Assembly: GCF_036321535.1 (NCBI RefSeq)
Contig: NC_087437.1
Location: 44,022,001-44,086,000, forward strand
From: Camelus dromedarius
Taxonomy: Eukaryota
Direction: 5' to 3'
Length of the DNA stretch: 64,000 nt
Made by a program: the position numbers and the translations under genes
The notes under the pieces: generated by a model
What the model was told of the DNA's origin: nothing
Databases searched by the model: none
The model's input: the letters and a program-made list of their open reading frames with translations, nothing else
Shown: positions 1 through 12,364 of the stretch, piece after piece
Position numbering within the stretch: position 1 is the stretch's first letter
Layout: each line of letters starts with the position of its first letter

Positions 1-231
1 ATTCTCCTTTGGTAACCCTAAGTTTGTTTTCTATGTCTATGAGTCTGTTTCTGTTTTGTAAATAAGTTCATTTGTTTCATTTTTTAGATTCCACATATAA
101 GTGATATTATATAATACCTGACTTTGTCTGACTTACTTCATTTAGTATAATTTCTAGGTCCATCCATGTTGCTGCAAATGGTATTATTTTATTCTTTTCT
201 ATGGCTGAGTAGTATTCCATTGGATATAGAT

Positions 232-266
<35 letters not shown>

Positions 267-452
267 CACCACATCTTTATCCAATCACCTGTGATGGACA
301 TTTAGATTGCTTCCATGTCTTGGCTACTGTAGATAGTGCTGCTGTAAATATTGGGATGCATGTATGTTTTCGAATTAGAGTTTTCTCTGGATTTATGCCC
401 AGGAATGGAATTGCTGGATCATAGGCAATGCTGTTTTTAGTTTGTTAAGGAA
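1..452 (-). mobile_element. L1 (LINE-1) 3' region fragment, cetartiodactyl/camelid type, running off the left edge
   Basis: Typical antisense L1 text (ggtccatccatgttgctgcaaatgg; gtagtattccattg; ggaatggaattgctggatc). ORF 107-301 is L1-derived (MEYYSAIEKNKIIPFAATWMDLE). Contains a (GATA)n(GACA)n tract at about 226-265. Confidence 0.9.
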
Positions 453-1001
453 TGCAAAGATGTTTTCTGTTTGTAGATTTGTTCTTCAAATATGCCTCTG
501 TTGCTCAAGAGAAACAGAGTTTGACTTACCACATATATGAATCCTTTTTTTTAAATAACCTTTTCAGTTTGCCTGAATTAATAGCATTGTATGTAGTTTT
601 ATTGTGCTTAGGACTATGAGTTTAAAGGATTCAAAATTTGAACTTTAAAGGAGGCATCTTAGAAATACTGAAGTGGAAAAGGAATTTCCCATGTTTAATA
701 TTTCAAATCTAACAGGGTTTGGTTTGTTTTGTTTAGGAATAACTTTATATTATTTAAAAAGGAAGTACATTATTTGGATACAATCTTTTTGGATAATTTT
801 TTTATTATAGTAAGAAAGACCTATCTATTTCTTAATCTGAACTTCTTAACCCCAGATGTTCTCCAAACAAAATTCAGACATTTGCAAAAGGTTATTTGTG
901 ATTGACATATGAAATTTATTTATTCATTTATTTAAATTCAGCCTCATTTGCCACAAGATTTGTGATGCCTTAGACAGAGCATCAAGAACAGGAATATTAG
1001 C

Positions 1002-1126
1002 CACAGAGAAAAAAAATATGACAGTAAATATATATATGTTCATGTATAACTGAAAAATGTGCTCTACACTGGAATTTGACACAACATTATAAAATGATTA
1101 TAAATCAATAAAAAATGTTAAAAAAA
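1002..1126 (+). mobile_element. Short 5'-truncated young L1 3' end with poly(A) and TSD
   Basis: L1 terminus (tatgttcatgtataactgaaaaatgtgctctacactggaatttgacacaac...aataaaaaatgttaaaaaaaaa). Flanked by an 18-bp TSD aagaacaggaatattagc (984-1001) / aagaacaggaatgttagc (1127-1144). Confidence 0.9.
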
Positions 1127-1920
1127 AAGAACAGGAATGTTAGCAAAGTGAAAAATAAGATAAAAGAAAAATACAAACTTGCTATTGCAATGTCATACAT
1201 ATTCATTAGAATTGATAGTTGAAGTGTCTGTAAACTTTCTGGCAGTCAAAGTGAGGAAGGAGTCCTGATCTGTTTCCATCATATTTGTTGTTATAATTTT
1301 AAAACTATATCCATTCCTGTCACTTAACTCTCAAAGAAATTTCTCATGGAGAACTTTATATAGGGAATGACAAATGATATGATAATGGATTTTTGCAGTG
1401 ACAAATTTCTTTGATTAAAGAAGGTCTAATATTGAAATATAACTCTGGGAAGATGATTCTGGGTTCTAAAGGCAATATAATCCAAATTTGTAGTCTTCTG
1501 ATGGTTTGGCTTGATCTAAGGAACAAATGCAGTATATATGGAAGAGTGACTACATTGTAGTTTCTACAAATCATCTGTCATAAAACTAATTTATCAGAGA
1601 GATCAAGATTCCTTTTCAGAACTGGAGTCAGAGAAGATACTATAGGTAAAATTTTTGATATGTTGACTGTTCTAGTAAGCTTTATTATTTGTTTGCAAAA
1701 AGTCCTAAATATTAGCAACCATACTTATTTTCTGGAACCTTTCAGTAGCTAGCTGTCTAAGAAAATGTGAAATTGGAAGATGTTAAGATGGACTGGTCAC
1801 TGTTGTTTGTCAAATTCATGAGGCTTGTATGCTGGGAATCTGTTCCTTTTTATGATGAATCAGTGTTGTTACAAATTGAATGCATTTAACCTCAACATAC
1901 ATGTCCCTTTTTTTGAGGAG

Positions 1921-2900
1921 TGTATCAGTTACAATGCTTTTGCTTATAAATGAATAGAAAATGTGATTCAAACTGGTATAAATATCAATAAATAGTAATT
2001 GACCTATGTGGTAGGCAGAATTCTGTGAAGATATCCCAACATTCCTAGTCCTGGCATATACTCTCTCCCAGTTACTCAGTCAAACATGAATCTAGGTACT
2101 GCTGTGAAGGGATTTTGCAAATATAACTAAGGTGTCAAATTAGTTGATTTTATGATAGGGAGATTATCTGGGTAATTCTGAACTAGTCATCTAAGACTTT
2201 TAAAAGCAAAAAGTTTTTTCTGACTGAGGAAATCAGGGATTTAAGGTACAAGACAGACTTGAAGCACCATTGCCTTTTTGAAGAAAGAGGGGGCCATGTG
2301 GCAAAGAATTTAGGCTGCCTCTAGCAGCTAAGAGAACTTCCTGTTTGATAGGAAAGATACAGGGACCAGTCCTACAACCACAAGGAACTGGGTCATGCCA
2401 AGAGGAAGAATGATCTTGTTAATGAAATGATTTTTTTTCATAGAATTTTTGGGGAGTGACTTAACTTTCCAGAACATTGATTTCAACCTTCTAATATACT
2501 GAGTGTTATATCTGTGCTAAACATCTGAAATACAGAACTGTGAGCTAATAAATGGGTGTTGTTTTAAGCGGCTGTTTTCAGTAATTTGTTATACAGCATT
2601 ATAAAACTAATACAGCTACTTCACTGAAAATTTCAGAGGTAGAGTAGGGTGGTCTTCAGATGTGATTTATAAGAGTTCTGGCTCCATTCATCTGAAATTC
2701 TCATGATTCTGTTCCAGTGTTTTCCTCCTTAGAGGAAAATTGGCTGCAGCAGCTCCAATTTCAAATCCATATACTGCACCTTCTGGAAGTAAAGAGATGC
2801 TGTCTTGAAATTCTTCAGCATGTAGCATTCATTCCCCAAGCCACCTTGGTGATTCAGATTGGTCCAAACAACAGGAAATCTGGCACTAGATTGGTGAGGA
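1921..2900. mobile_element. Old MLT1-type MaLR LTR interrupted by a younger MLT1 LTR
   Basis: Begins tgtatcagttacaatgcttttgc...aactgg and resumes after 2614 with tcactgaaaatttcagaggtagag...ggctgcagcagctcc. Resembles old MLT1 consensus; right boundary approximate. Confidence 0.45.
2007..2614 (+). mobile_element. MLT1 (MaLR) solo LTR
   Basis: TG...CA ends (tgtggtaggcagaattct...ataaaactaataca). Internal gggagattatctgggt and cctacaaccacaaggaactg, with AATAAA near the 3' end. Confidence 0.85.
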
Positions 2901-5316
2901 ACATTGGAAACCAAATTTCAAAAAGGTAACTTGAGTTATCACAATTTTATACAAAGTATCTCATTTTTCCACTTTCTCCATGCAAGTAAAAGTAGTTTTT
3001 ATGAGACAATCCCAATGTTTTTACTAACTCCATAACAGCAGCAGAATTATGCTTTCCATTTATACTTTATCATATACTATGGCTAATTAAGTAAAATACC
3101 CAGCTTTTCTACTTCCAGGAAAGTAACACATGGCTCTGGCCTTTCCCAATTTATTTACCCACTGAGATAAACTTACAAAGTATGCTTATTTCTAATTAAA
3201 ATTAGACTATAGCCCATTCCATTTTTCAATGACAAATCTGTATTCTCCCCAGATCTAGACTATTTAGCTTACTAGATTTTCTCTCTGGACTATATATATG
3301 TTTCTTTCTTGATAAGTCAAAAGTCTGGACTTCTCAGGCCAATATTCTGCTTGAGGTTGTTATATCACTCTATTTTTTCACAGTGTGTAGAATGTTTCAG
3401 AAAATACACAAGAATTTTCTACCGATTGGATTGACTTTTCTTTTACCTTTGTTCCCAGACATAAATTCATTATTAGCTAAGTTGTATGAGTTATTGATTC
3501 TCAATATAACCTTAAAACTACTTTGAGAACCTGAAATGGTCAGAATGGTCTCTTGATGAATTGTTTAATAATTTCTAATGGGATAAACAAGGGTTTATCT
3601 TGTCTGTCTTCTAAACACATCATAATGTTACAATAATACTTTCAAATGAGTTCTACCCATATGGTCCTTATTAATAGTTTTGCTACTATCTCCAACCCAG
3701 CAGCATTACATGTAAAAGAGAAAGAAAAGCATTTGCCTTTACAGTGTTGACAATTTTTAAGGTCAAAGGCAGAAAATGGCTGTTATTAGTCAATTGACTC
3801 TGCTATCTGATTACTGTCCAGAAAGAATGATTTAAGATAATCCTATCCCAAATCTAAATCAATTTTGGAAGCTGTTCTTCAGTGTTTCACTGAATTAAAA
3901 CTATGATATGTTTGTGGTAAGCCAATTCTTCTAGATACTGAGGCATGCATTGTTTCAACCAGTTTAAAGGATTTATCAGAAGTTATGTTGCACAAAATCA
4001 GAAGTCATATGAATGCAATGTTCACATTATTTTATATATTTACTAATTTTATGTGCTTTACATGTTTTCCAGCCAGATTAAAATGATTAATACTCCTTAT
4101 CTGTCAATGGAGTAAGCTTAGGATTCTTTCAAAAGAAAGTGCTGGTAATGATCTCACATGTTTTTTATCTTACCATTGTGTTGAAGTTGACAAGCTTGAT
4201 GTTTCAGTATGGGTAGGCATTTTAAAGTTTCACTAGGGAGTAGGTTTCCTACTCGTAGTCTGGGTAACAATGGAACGTATTAAATCTGTCTATCATTTAC
4301 ACCCAATAATCTGTAAAAAACCCATTTCAAGAAATAGTGTGTGTAATTCAGGATTAAACTAAATGGTTACAGAAAAATTGCTTGCATTGTATTGTTTTGG
4401 CTTCTCCTTAGTTCTTTTCTGATGGCTGTGTTAGTAAGCATTATAACAAAGAAACTAATAAAACAAGTTGTACTTACTTAGGGACTGGGTCTGAGGAGGG
4501 GGGTGTAGATGTTGTAGGGAAGGCTTACTGTGTGCCAGTGTCCTCTCTAGGAGGATCCACTGAAGGTATTTCCCCTGCATTTCAATTCCAGGAAGATCTG
4601 AAATAGGATTTTCCCAAGCAGCTGTTTTTTTGTTTTTGTTTTTGTTTTCGAGACTATGAATGGCATAATTTATTGTTTCTTCTTTTCCTTTGTCTGCTAA
4701 AATGCCAAGTTCAATTTTTAGTTCTCCTCTAGCTGGTATGTGTCTTGCTCCAAATATTTTACTTACCAGTCTTTAGTCCTAGCATTGGATTTTTTCCATC
4801 TTTATTCTCCTTTTGACCTCATTTTGTCATTCATTTTTTTGGTCTCATCATGTAGAATATCCTTAACAAATAAATAGTCTTTTTCTATTTGAAAATGTCA
4901 ACCTGTCTGATGGAAAGCAGAGCTTTAGGAAGTTGACCTATGGACAGATGAGCTAAATGGAATACCTGTTTAGTTAGCCAGATCAACCAATTAACCCTGG
5001 TGGTGAATGACTGAGCAGGTAGGTATCTAAGACAGACTACTATCACATCTATCATTCATTGACTTTGTTTGCTTGTTTTCCCCTGCAAAGGGGGCTGGCT
5101 TCATGCCTTTTAAGTAATGGATCTTTCAAACCACGTTCCAAATATGATGATGCAGCAAGACTGGTGTTGCTATGTTAATACAATCTTTATCAATAAAAGA
5201 GAACTCCATATTTGTGTTATATTTTTAGAAAATACAATATAAACATATGGGAATTAAACCACAATATAGGTATATATATTTTTCATTGCATTTTAATAGT
5301 AGGAATTATGTTAATA

Positions 5317-5563
5317 TAGTGATTCTCCACATTGGTTATTAAAAAAAAGATACCAGGCCAATGTTCATCTAATAAGAAAAATAAATTCCTGGCTCAGGTC
5401 CACCTAATCAAAATCTCTAAGAATGTAGCCCAGAGATAGATATATATCTTATATCTTATGTTATTATTTTATATATTACATTTATTTTACTTGGTATATA
5501 TACATACACTATATGAAATATCCAGGGATTATTCTGATGTGCAGCTAGGTTTGAGAATCACTG
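5317..5563. mobile_element. MER5-like hAT-Charlie MITE with an AT-rich insert
   Basis: Inverted termini tagtgattctc...gagaatcactg. Internal aatcaaaatctct and gattattctgatgtgcagctaggtttgagaa. Confidence 0.65.
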
Positions 5564-7019
5564 TGTTAATAGTGTGTTATCAATCACAGAATAAAGGTGT
5601 TATTGAAAACCTAGCTCCAGAAGACAGCTCCATCTCTGAATTGTTGAAGAAGAAATGCTGGTAGCTTTATTTATATTTATGACATAATAATATTCCCTGA
5701 GACACAAATAAAGAAAATGAGTGTGAGATTTTAGAATTTTTTTTTCCAAGGCCTCGTTGTGTGTAAAAAACTGAGAAGACCATGGTACATTTGGTTTTGT
5801 AACATGGGAGTTGAAAATGACTTTTCTTCCTCAATGGTCTGCAAACCTAGACTGTTTAAAATAAGAGATCATCCTCAGAAGTGAGGTTTTACTTCCTGAA
5901 TACTAATCTAATGGTAGAAAAGGGAGGAAAGAAAATAGGCCTTACAGGAACATATTCCCCCACCTTGCTGGTGCCTCTTTTTTTTTTTTTTTTTTTTTAA
6001 ATTTTGCCAATTCCCACAGATACTCATTATAAAGCTGAGATTGAGGGAAGTAATTAATTCAAGAAGGTTGATATTGGTTTTGATGCACCAGAGACTTTTG
6101 GTTCATCTGCTGTAGTGTGAAAATAATGCTGTGGACTGCAAGATAAGAAGGAGGAAGAAATGACAGGCCCGTCTTTTTTTTTACACATTTAACAATATAC
6201 AAAAGTTTAAAATACCTTCCATTTGTAAGAAACCCTATCTTAATTAGAAGAAGGCTGGAAAAAGATGAACCATTTAATCTTTCTGTTTAGTAGGACAAAT
6301 GTGTCCTTTTCAGAGACCCATGATAAAAGGTGACCGAGATTTTTTCCCTGCAATTCTGAAGTATAGTCTCAATACAGTAATTACATTTTCAGGATCCATA
6401 TTTCATGTGTCATTAGCAACTGCTCCTTCCAACTGGTTCCAAATGCTTATGACTTCCTTATGGAGTATTAAATTATAGTATGAAATGATGCTTTAAAGCA
6501 TTTCTTTAGAAATTTAGAAATTTTAGAGTAATTTTTCTCCAGGACCCATTGATATGCATGCAATTCAATTTTAAAAATAACTTCTTACAAGCAGTCTCCT
6601 TCTTTAACTATAAAATATGTCATTGAAAAATTTTTCAGTGAAGTATTCTACTTTGGGGGTTATCATTCCCATCATCTATTTCGATTTAAGATCACATACT
6701 AGTTAAAAGTTTATCATTTTTTAATTTTAGTAATTTGTATTATTAACCCTGATTCAGGGCCATTTTGCCTTTTATTTCTTTGAGGTTATTTACCAGCTGA
6801 AATAAGAAGTTAAAGCCCTGCTTTGGGCAATTCAAAATAAAATCACAGAAAGTTAGATTCAAAGAGCCCATGCCCTCATTATTTTATTGACACGGAACCT
6901 GAGAACCAGAGAGGTGAAATGATGCTAACAGAGCACTTAATAGGAGACCTAGGATGAGAAACCATCTTCTAAAAAATGGAGGGAAAGGACCTGACTTCAT
7001 TGAATGTTCAATTTTTGCC

Positions 7020-7175
7020 TTGGGAGACTGATATTATAATCCCTACTTAGCAAGATAAAAAAACTGAGGTCCAGAGAGGTTAAGCAACTTAACTAAGGTT
7101 CCCAGGATGGTGAACTTCAGAATTCAGATTAGATCCCCTCCTAAACCCAGGTCTGTCTCTTTCCAAAGCCCATGG
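7020..7175 (-). mobile_element. MIR SINE
   Basis: Core aaaactgaggtccagagaggttaagcaactt...aaacccaggtctgtct. Confidence 0.7.
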
Positions 7176-7270
7176 AAAAGCACTGCTTTTTCAGTCACAA
7201 TTCACTAATCCTACAATCAGCACAAATAGAATAGAGGAAAAATAAGTGATATTCATTTAGGCTATAGTAT

Positions 7271-7657
7271 GTATGTATGTATGTATTTTTATTTTTTCCA
7301 ATGAAAAAATCTCACATATTTATTACCGAGCCAAAGCAATAGTGCAGAAACACTGACACAGAGGAAAATCATGTCCCCAAACACATCCAGCTATATAGAA
7401 AGTAGTGCCATTTTCAGAATGATGCAAGTGACATAACATCGATATGTGTGTCACCTCATGTGCAGCTCCTTACAGACCCAGCTGGGTTCTTCTCCAACGT
7501 CTCCTCTTGGAGTTGTACCTGATTTTATTACCAGTTATCGTTCGAATCCTCTGGGGAATGGGATGATTCTGCTTTTGTTTCTTGGCCAGGAATTGCTTGA
7601 TCCTGAAAGTCTTGTGAGAAGACATGGCGAGGACCAAATTCAACCGCACACAGTCTA
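7271..7657 (-). pseudogene. RPL39: RPL39 processed retrocopy (5' UTR stub, intronless CDS, 3' UTR, poly(A) remnant)
   Basis: Intronless. Minus-strand AATAAA at 7319-7324. Decayed A-tail at about 7286-7297 followed by (ATAC)n. 8-bp TSD tatagtat at 7263-7270 / 7658-7665. Minus-strand target reads TTT/AAAT, like an L1 endonuclease site. Confidence 0.93.
7470..7625 (-). CDS. RPL39: Intact RPL39-like ORF (51 aa) inside the retrocopy; expression unknown
   Basis: Manual translation [51 protein letters not shown]. Seven substitutions versus mammalian eL39 (R11Q, R21H, W26R, M29T, K30I, H43R, K48Q). Kozak gccATG. Shorter than any ORF in the supplied track. Confidence 0.4.
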   Translation of the reverse strand: MSSHKTFRIKQFLAKKQKQNHPIPQRIRTITGNKIRYNSKRRRWRRTQLGL

Positions 7658-7751
7658 TATAGTATTTAAATAAGTCAGCAGATTGTAGTAGTAAGATCCA
7701 GTAAGAGCAGAGCAGGAAGAAGTGATGGGAAGGAAAAAAAAATTGAAAAAA

Positions 7752-7925
7752 TTTCCTTCCTTCTTTCTCCCTTTCTCTCTCCCTCCCTGCCCCCTCTTCC
7801 TTTCTTCCTTCCTTTTCCTTTTCTTTCCTTTTTCTCTCTCACACCCTCCCTCCCTCTCACCCTTCCTTCCTTTCCTTCTTTCTCCCTCCTTACTACCCTT
7901 CCTTTCTTCCTTCCTATTTCTTCCT
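7752..7925. repeat. Degenerate (CCTT/CT)n polypyrimidine low-complexity tract
   Basis: About 170 nt of almost pure C/T. Confidence 0.95.
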
Positions 7926-10530
7926 TTAAAAAAAACTAGTTGTTCTTAAAGCCATTCTGTATATAAAAAATAACCATATATACCTTCTAAGTCTCTGATG
8001 TTATAAATATATAGAGTGTCCCACAAGAACATAACTTGACTCATTAAGAAAGATAGCTTATACTCAGCATATTCCATTTAATGTAACAGAATGCAATTCA
8101 TTTAAAAAAAGGCAGCTCTGTAAAAATGTTAAAACGTATATTTTAAAGTATCCAGGTTGTTTTAGAAATTAACATTTGCTCTACTGCTCATACCAGTGAC
8201 ACTAAATAATATTAATAGGCCATGGCATATATCAATTTTCTCTTTTTATACTTTTTATGTGAGAAATACACAGGTAAAAGAAGCATATATTCTGTTTGCA
8301 AATGGTCCTATGCAGCTTTTTTTTCCCTTTAAGCTATGAGTTTATTAACACTGTGGTTTTAAAAGTGGTTGATTTTCTTGATTTCAAAAAATGTAAATAA
8401 CTTTAATGCTGTAGGTGCTACACCTCCATGAGTTCTTACGTTTCCTGTATTTTATAAATGAAGGAATTAGCAACCAAGGAAGTGAAGAGGCAAACCAAAC
8501 CTTCCCAACAAGATATAACCCAGGTCTCCCTCCTAATATTAGCCAGTAGCTGTTATCATTATACATCTTGACTGTTTCTTAAATCTTTTGATTATTTTTC
8601 ACTTTTAATTTTAACCCTAAATGTGGTTGAGAGATAAAATGAGAGAGAAGCAACGATAGCCTCCTGAATTTGTGATGTTTGAAGCACTGCTACATTTAGA
8701 CAATGGGGTGGTGTGCTAATGTATTCTGTCAGGAAAGCTGACTGAATTTGACAGTAATCTTATTAAAAATGTCCAGAAATAATTTGCTTTATGAAAGACA
8801 AAGCAGTTTTCATTTTACTTTAAATAAAATATTTCAGAGGCTCCATTTTGATGTTAACTTCTATTAAAGTAACATTTAAAATGTAATTTATAGTCAGTTT
8901 TTTCGAGAAATGGTGTTTGTTTATTATCTTTTAAAAAAAGTAGAGTTTTGTACATTTATGAATTTTAAAAGGAAGACACTGGCATGGCCATTAATAAAAC
9001 ATTTCTTAGCAGCAAAAGTTACAATGAATTTATTTTGTGTGATGAGAAATAATGCAAAGTAAATGAGTCATATACATTATATATAATGGCTACATATGAA
9101 GATATAAATAGATATACTATGTGTATATATGGATACATACACACATACAGATATAGATATAAATAAAGATAAAGATACAAATAGATGAGAAAGTATTTTG
9201 TTATAATCTAGAACATTGTTCATTTAAACTTATCTAATGCCACATATTTTAAAACTTGAGGCAAAATAAAACATTTTGTAGTTAAAGTGATGGAACTAAG
9301 GTTTTGGGACTCGGCCATGAGGTATTTATTTATCAGCAATGTCGTAAATGAAAAAAATCATCATCATTACAATAGTGGGCATTGGGGATACAGATGGGAC
9401 AGCTGTTGTTCTTTAATTGTGACTGGATTAATAAAATGCAGTTTTTACAACCCATTTAAAACTTATCACTGGGGAATACATTTTAGCACCACTTTGGGTG
9501 TCTTTTGGTTAATAAATTCTTGCCTTTTGAGTGTAAGTATTTGGCTTCAAATCCCAGATACAAGTTTATTAAAAATTGTAATAGTTCTTAGAGACTATAA
9601 AATGAAATGAAGTGCACAAAATGTGTGTTTCCGGTGCTTGACTTTAAAATGATTTTTTACATGACTAATTTCAATATTTTCAACTTAAGCAGACTGTTGT
9701 TGAATTTAAATGATTGTTAAATATTTAACCAGAGTGAGAAAGAGAGAGTGAGAGCAGGGGGGAGTTGGGGAGTGGGTGATGGAGAGAAACAGAGAGATGG
9801 GGGTGGGGAGACAGGGGTAATATATCATCTTGCGGTAAATTTTTTCTTTTGATTTCTTGGTAGTTTTTAAAATAATAAAATAAGATGTGTGCCCTGTATT
9901 AACACATTATGCTAATAATTATGAATCCAATAATATTTAGGTGAAACAGGCTATAACTTTAGATCTGAGCTGTAATAAAGCATAATTATTCTAGTTAATA
10001 AGAGGAAATCTGAGGAATATTCTGTCACAGGATTTTTAAGAGTTGATAAAAAATACAATTTTTTTTAAGCCAAAGCATTTGGAATATGACATTATTCCAC
10101 TAAATGTTTTCCTTCTTCAAGTAAACAGCTGAGAGAGAATACTTAAAATCTATGTTAATGAACAGGCCTCCTCCTGAAAATTCAATGTTCATTGCCAGTG
10201 AGATGAAAATTGTGAGGCAGTGAGGCAGGAGTGCTGGGGCCGAAGACCCTGGATTCTATAATTTTTCATGGAAACTGGCCTAAAAGGAAAATACGGCTCC
10301 TTGTTGGCATTTCTCTCTTTACGAGAATAACCTTAGTGTTCAGAAGGCTGGTGGTGTGGAGGAGAGCTAAAAGCAGCGGAACTCCTATGGAAACAGATAC
10401 AGTGCCTACTAGAGTTCCATGTATGCTGACAGAAGACACAGGACTCCTGGGGTCACTCACAGAAAGAACAGAAGTCACAGTAGCTGTGCTGGCTCTCCAA
10501 GCTCAGAATACCCCAGGATCATGCAGATCA

Positions 10531-10562
10531 GAAACTGGCTGTGTACCTTGTGATGCTAAGGC
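10531..10562. repeat. 32-bp dispersed direct repeat, copy 1
   Basis: gaaactggctgtgtaccttgtgatgctaaggc; 31/32 identical to 12333-12364. Confidence 0.95.
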
Positions 10563-10770
10563 AGCTAGAGCCGGCATGAGCACTGAGTATACCACCAACA
10601 AAGAACCTGAGCTGAGGGGACCCACTGCTTTTATAGCAGTCAGTGAGCAAGCTGGTTCTTTGACTAGAGGGAGACCAGGTGCATTTCAGGACGACCTGAT
10701 GCATTCCTATGATGATCTTAAAAAGTGTCCTGAGTGAAGGAGCAGCCAAAGCCATTGACTCAGCAAAACA
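10547..10770 (-). promoter_or_regulatory. Candidate minus-strand TATA promoter and short first exon
   Basis: Minus-strand CTATAAAAG at 10628-10636. AP-1/Maf-type TGACTCAGCA at 10756-10765. Donor-like AAG|GTACAC after 10547. Locally elevated GC. Motif evidence only. Confidence 0.35.
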
Positions 10771-11699
10771 GGAGCACAAGAGGCGTATGACGGATGGCTT
10801 CCCTGTACTTTTCTCCTTCTTTTGTCTGCCGTGCTCCCTCCCATTTTATACCTATAACAATACCTGCTCCAAACCTCACTCCAGTCAGATGCTCCAGAAA
10901 GGTAAAAACTGAATCCTGTATTGTGCCAGGAAAGTCATGGTCCCGAACATAATTTATGCTCTTTCTCTTCTGGGCCATGGTAATAAGGCTTGGTTTGAGG
11001 AATTCTTAACATTTTCTGAAGAGTCCAGTATATGGCTAATACTGTATCATTGGATTCCCCTGCTTTCCAAGGAACTCTAATTTTGCAAAAAATTTCTCAG
11101 ACTTAAACCCTTCTAGATTTTGCTTCAAAGAGTGATTAACAAGATAAAATGGAAATACAATTTTTTTAATTGACGAAGGTCTTTTCGAATAGTTTAGCTA
11201 CATTCTAACAAATGTTATTAATAAAATCGGTTCGCATGTATAAATATAATGCAACTAAATTTAAAGTGGTTACTTTTGGGCTTTAATTTTTTAAAAAGCA
11301 TATAATTAATTTGCTTTTAAAAAAAGTCAAAGAGCAACACATATTAATTCAGTAAATCAAGTGGAAGGGTCCTTGGCCTGGAGTCATCTGTGACACTACA
11401 AAGTTGACTGGTTTAGCCAGCTAATAAATCTATTCTTTTAATCTCATTAATTTATATGTTGTTCTGTGTAAAATCCATGCCATATTGAAAAGTCTTCCTA
11501 AATAAGAACATTTTTTTCTTTAGTCAACATATACATACATTTAATGCTTTTTTCATAGAAAGAAAAGAAGATGGAAAACAAATTCCATATGATAGCCAGA
11601 GAAAGAGTCAGCTGGAAAGAGGAGATGAAAGTGTGGAAGAGAGAGAGAAAGAGAGACTGACTTACTCACTGTCCTCTAATTTTAGCTTAAGTGGACTAA

Positions 11700-11930
11700 G
11701 GGCAGTTGAATGAGCATCAGATTAGAAATTTTGCTTCCTAATAATCAAGTCACTTTGGTTAAGTGAATTTACATTTCTGAGCCTCTTTCCTAATCTGTAA
11801 AACTGGGATGGTAATAAATCCTACATGGATTGGCATAGAGAGTATTTGAGGATTAGTCATGGTTTGCGTCAAGTTCCCAACCCCTGACTGCTACTTGGTA
11901 TTTAATATATGGTCACTGTTATTATTGATG
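11700..11930 (+). mobile_element. MIR SINE
   Basis: ttctgagcctctttcctaatctgtaaaactgggatggtaata...ttattattgatg. Confidence 0.65.
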
Positions 11931-12332
11931 TTACTGCATTATTCTTTGAAAATGAGGCCCTGAGCACAGTCGAAGTTTCTGTGGCCGAATAAATCAGAAA
12001 ATATTAAAGAGAAGAGAAACATTCTGGTAGATACATAACTTTTACTATACTGGAGATTTTTAAGATTTATGGTAAGTGAACAGCTGGAAAAATATTTGTT
12101 TTTATCAGAGTCAATCTTACATAAATTAAAGAGTTGGCAGCTACTGTTGTGCAGATTTGTGCACCATTTCTTAAAGGTGCAATCCTTGGAGGAGGTTTTT
12201 AAGCAACTGTATACATGCTTGTTCATAAGTTTTTTGAGTGTTAGAAGAAATTCCCTTAAAACAGTGGAAATTCTATTTGAAGATGACAATTTCCCCATGA
12301 CGATTTCCTTCCCCAGGCCCTTTTGCATCTGT

Positions 12333-12364
12333 GAAACTGGCTGTGTACCTTGTGGTGCTAAGGC
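12333..12364. repeat. 32-bp dispersed direct repeat, copy 2
   Basis: gaaactggctgtgtaccttgtggtgctaaggc; 31/32 identical to 10531-10562. Confidence 0.95.

Noticed and set aside
7470..7625. Identity as the functional RPL39L ortholog
   Set aside because: It retains R28 and carries W26R and other changes unlike RPL39L as I recall it. A visible TSD and tail suggest a younger independent copy. Synteny is not checkable here.
10231..10737. 168-aa plus-strand ORF as a protein-coding gene
   Set aside because: GTG start, no recognisable domain, and the length is plausible by chance in a GC-richer patch. The ETGCVPC.AKA match to ORF 12069-12383 just reflects the 32-bp DNA repeat.
10531..12364. 32-bp repeats as a CRISPR array, miRNA pair or REST site
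   Set aside because: Only two copies 1.8 kb apart in mammalian DNA, no hairpin around either copy, and only a partial resemblance to the left half of RE1.
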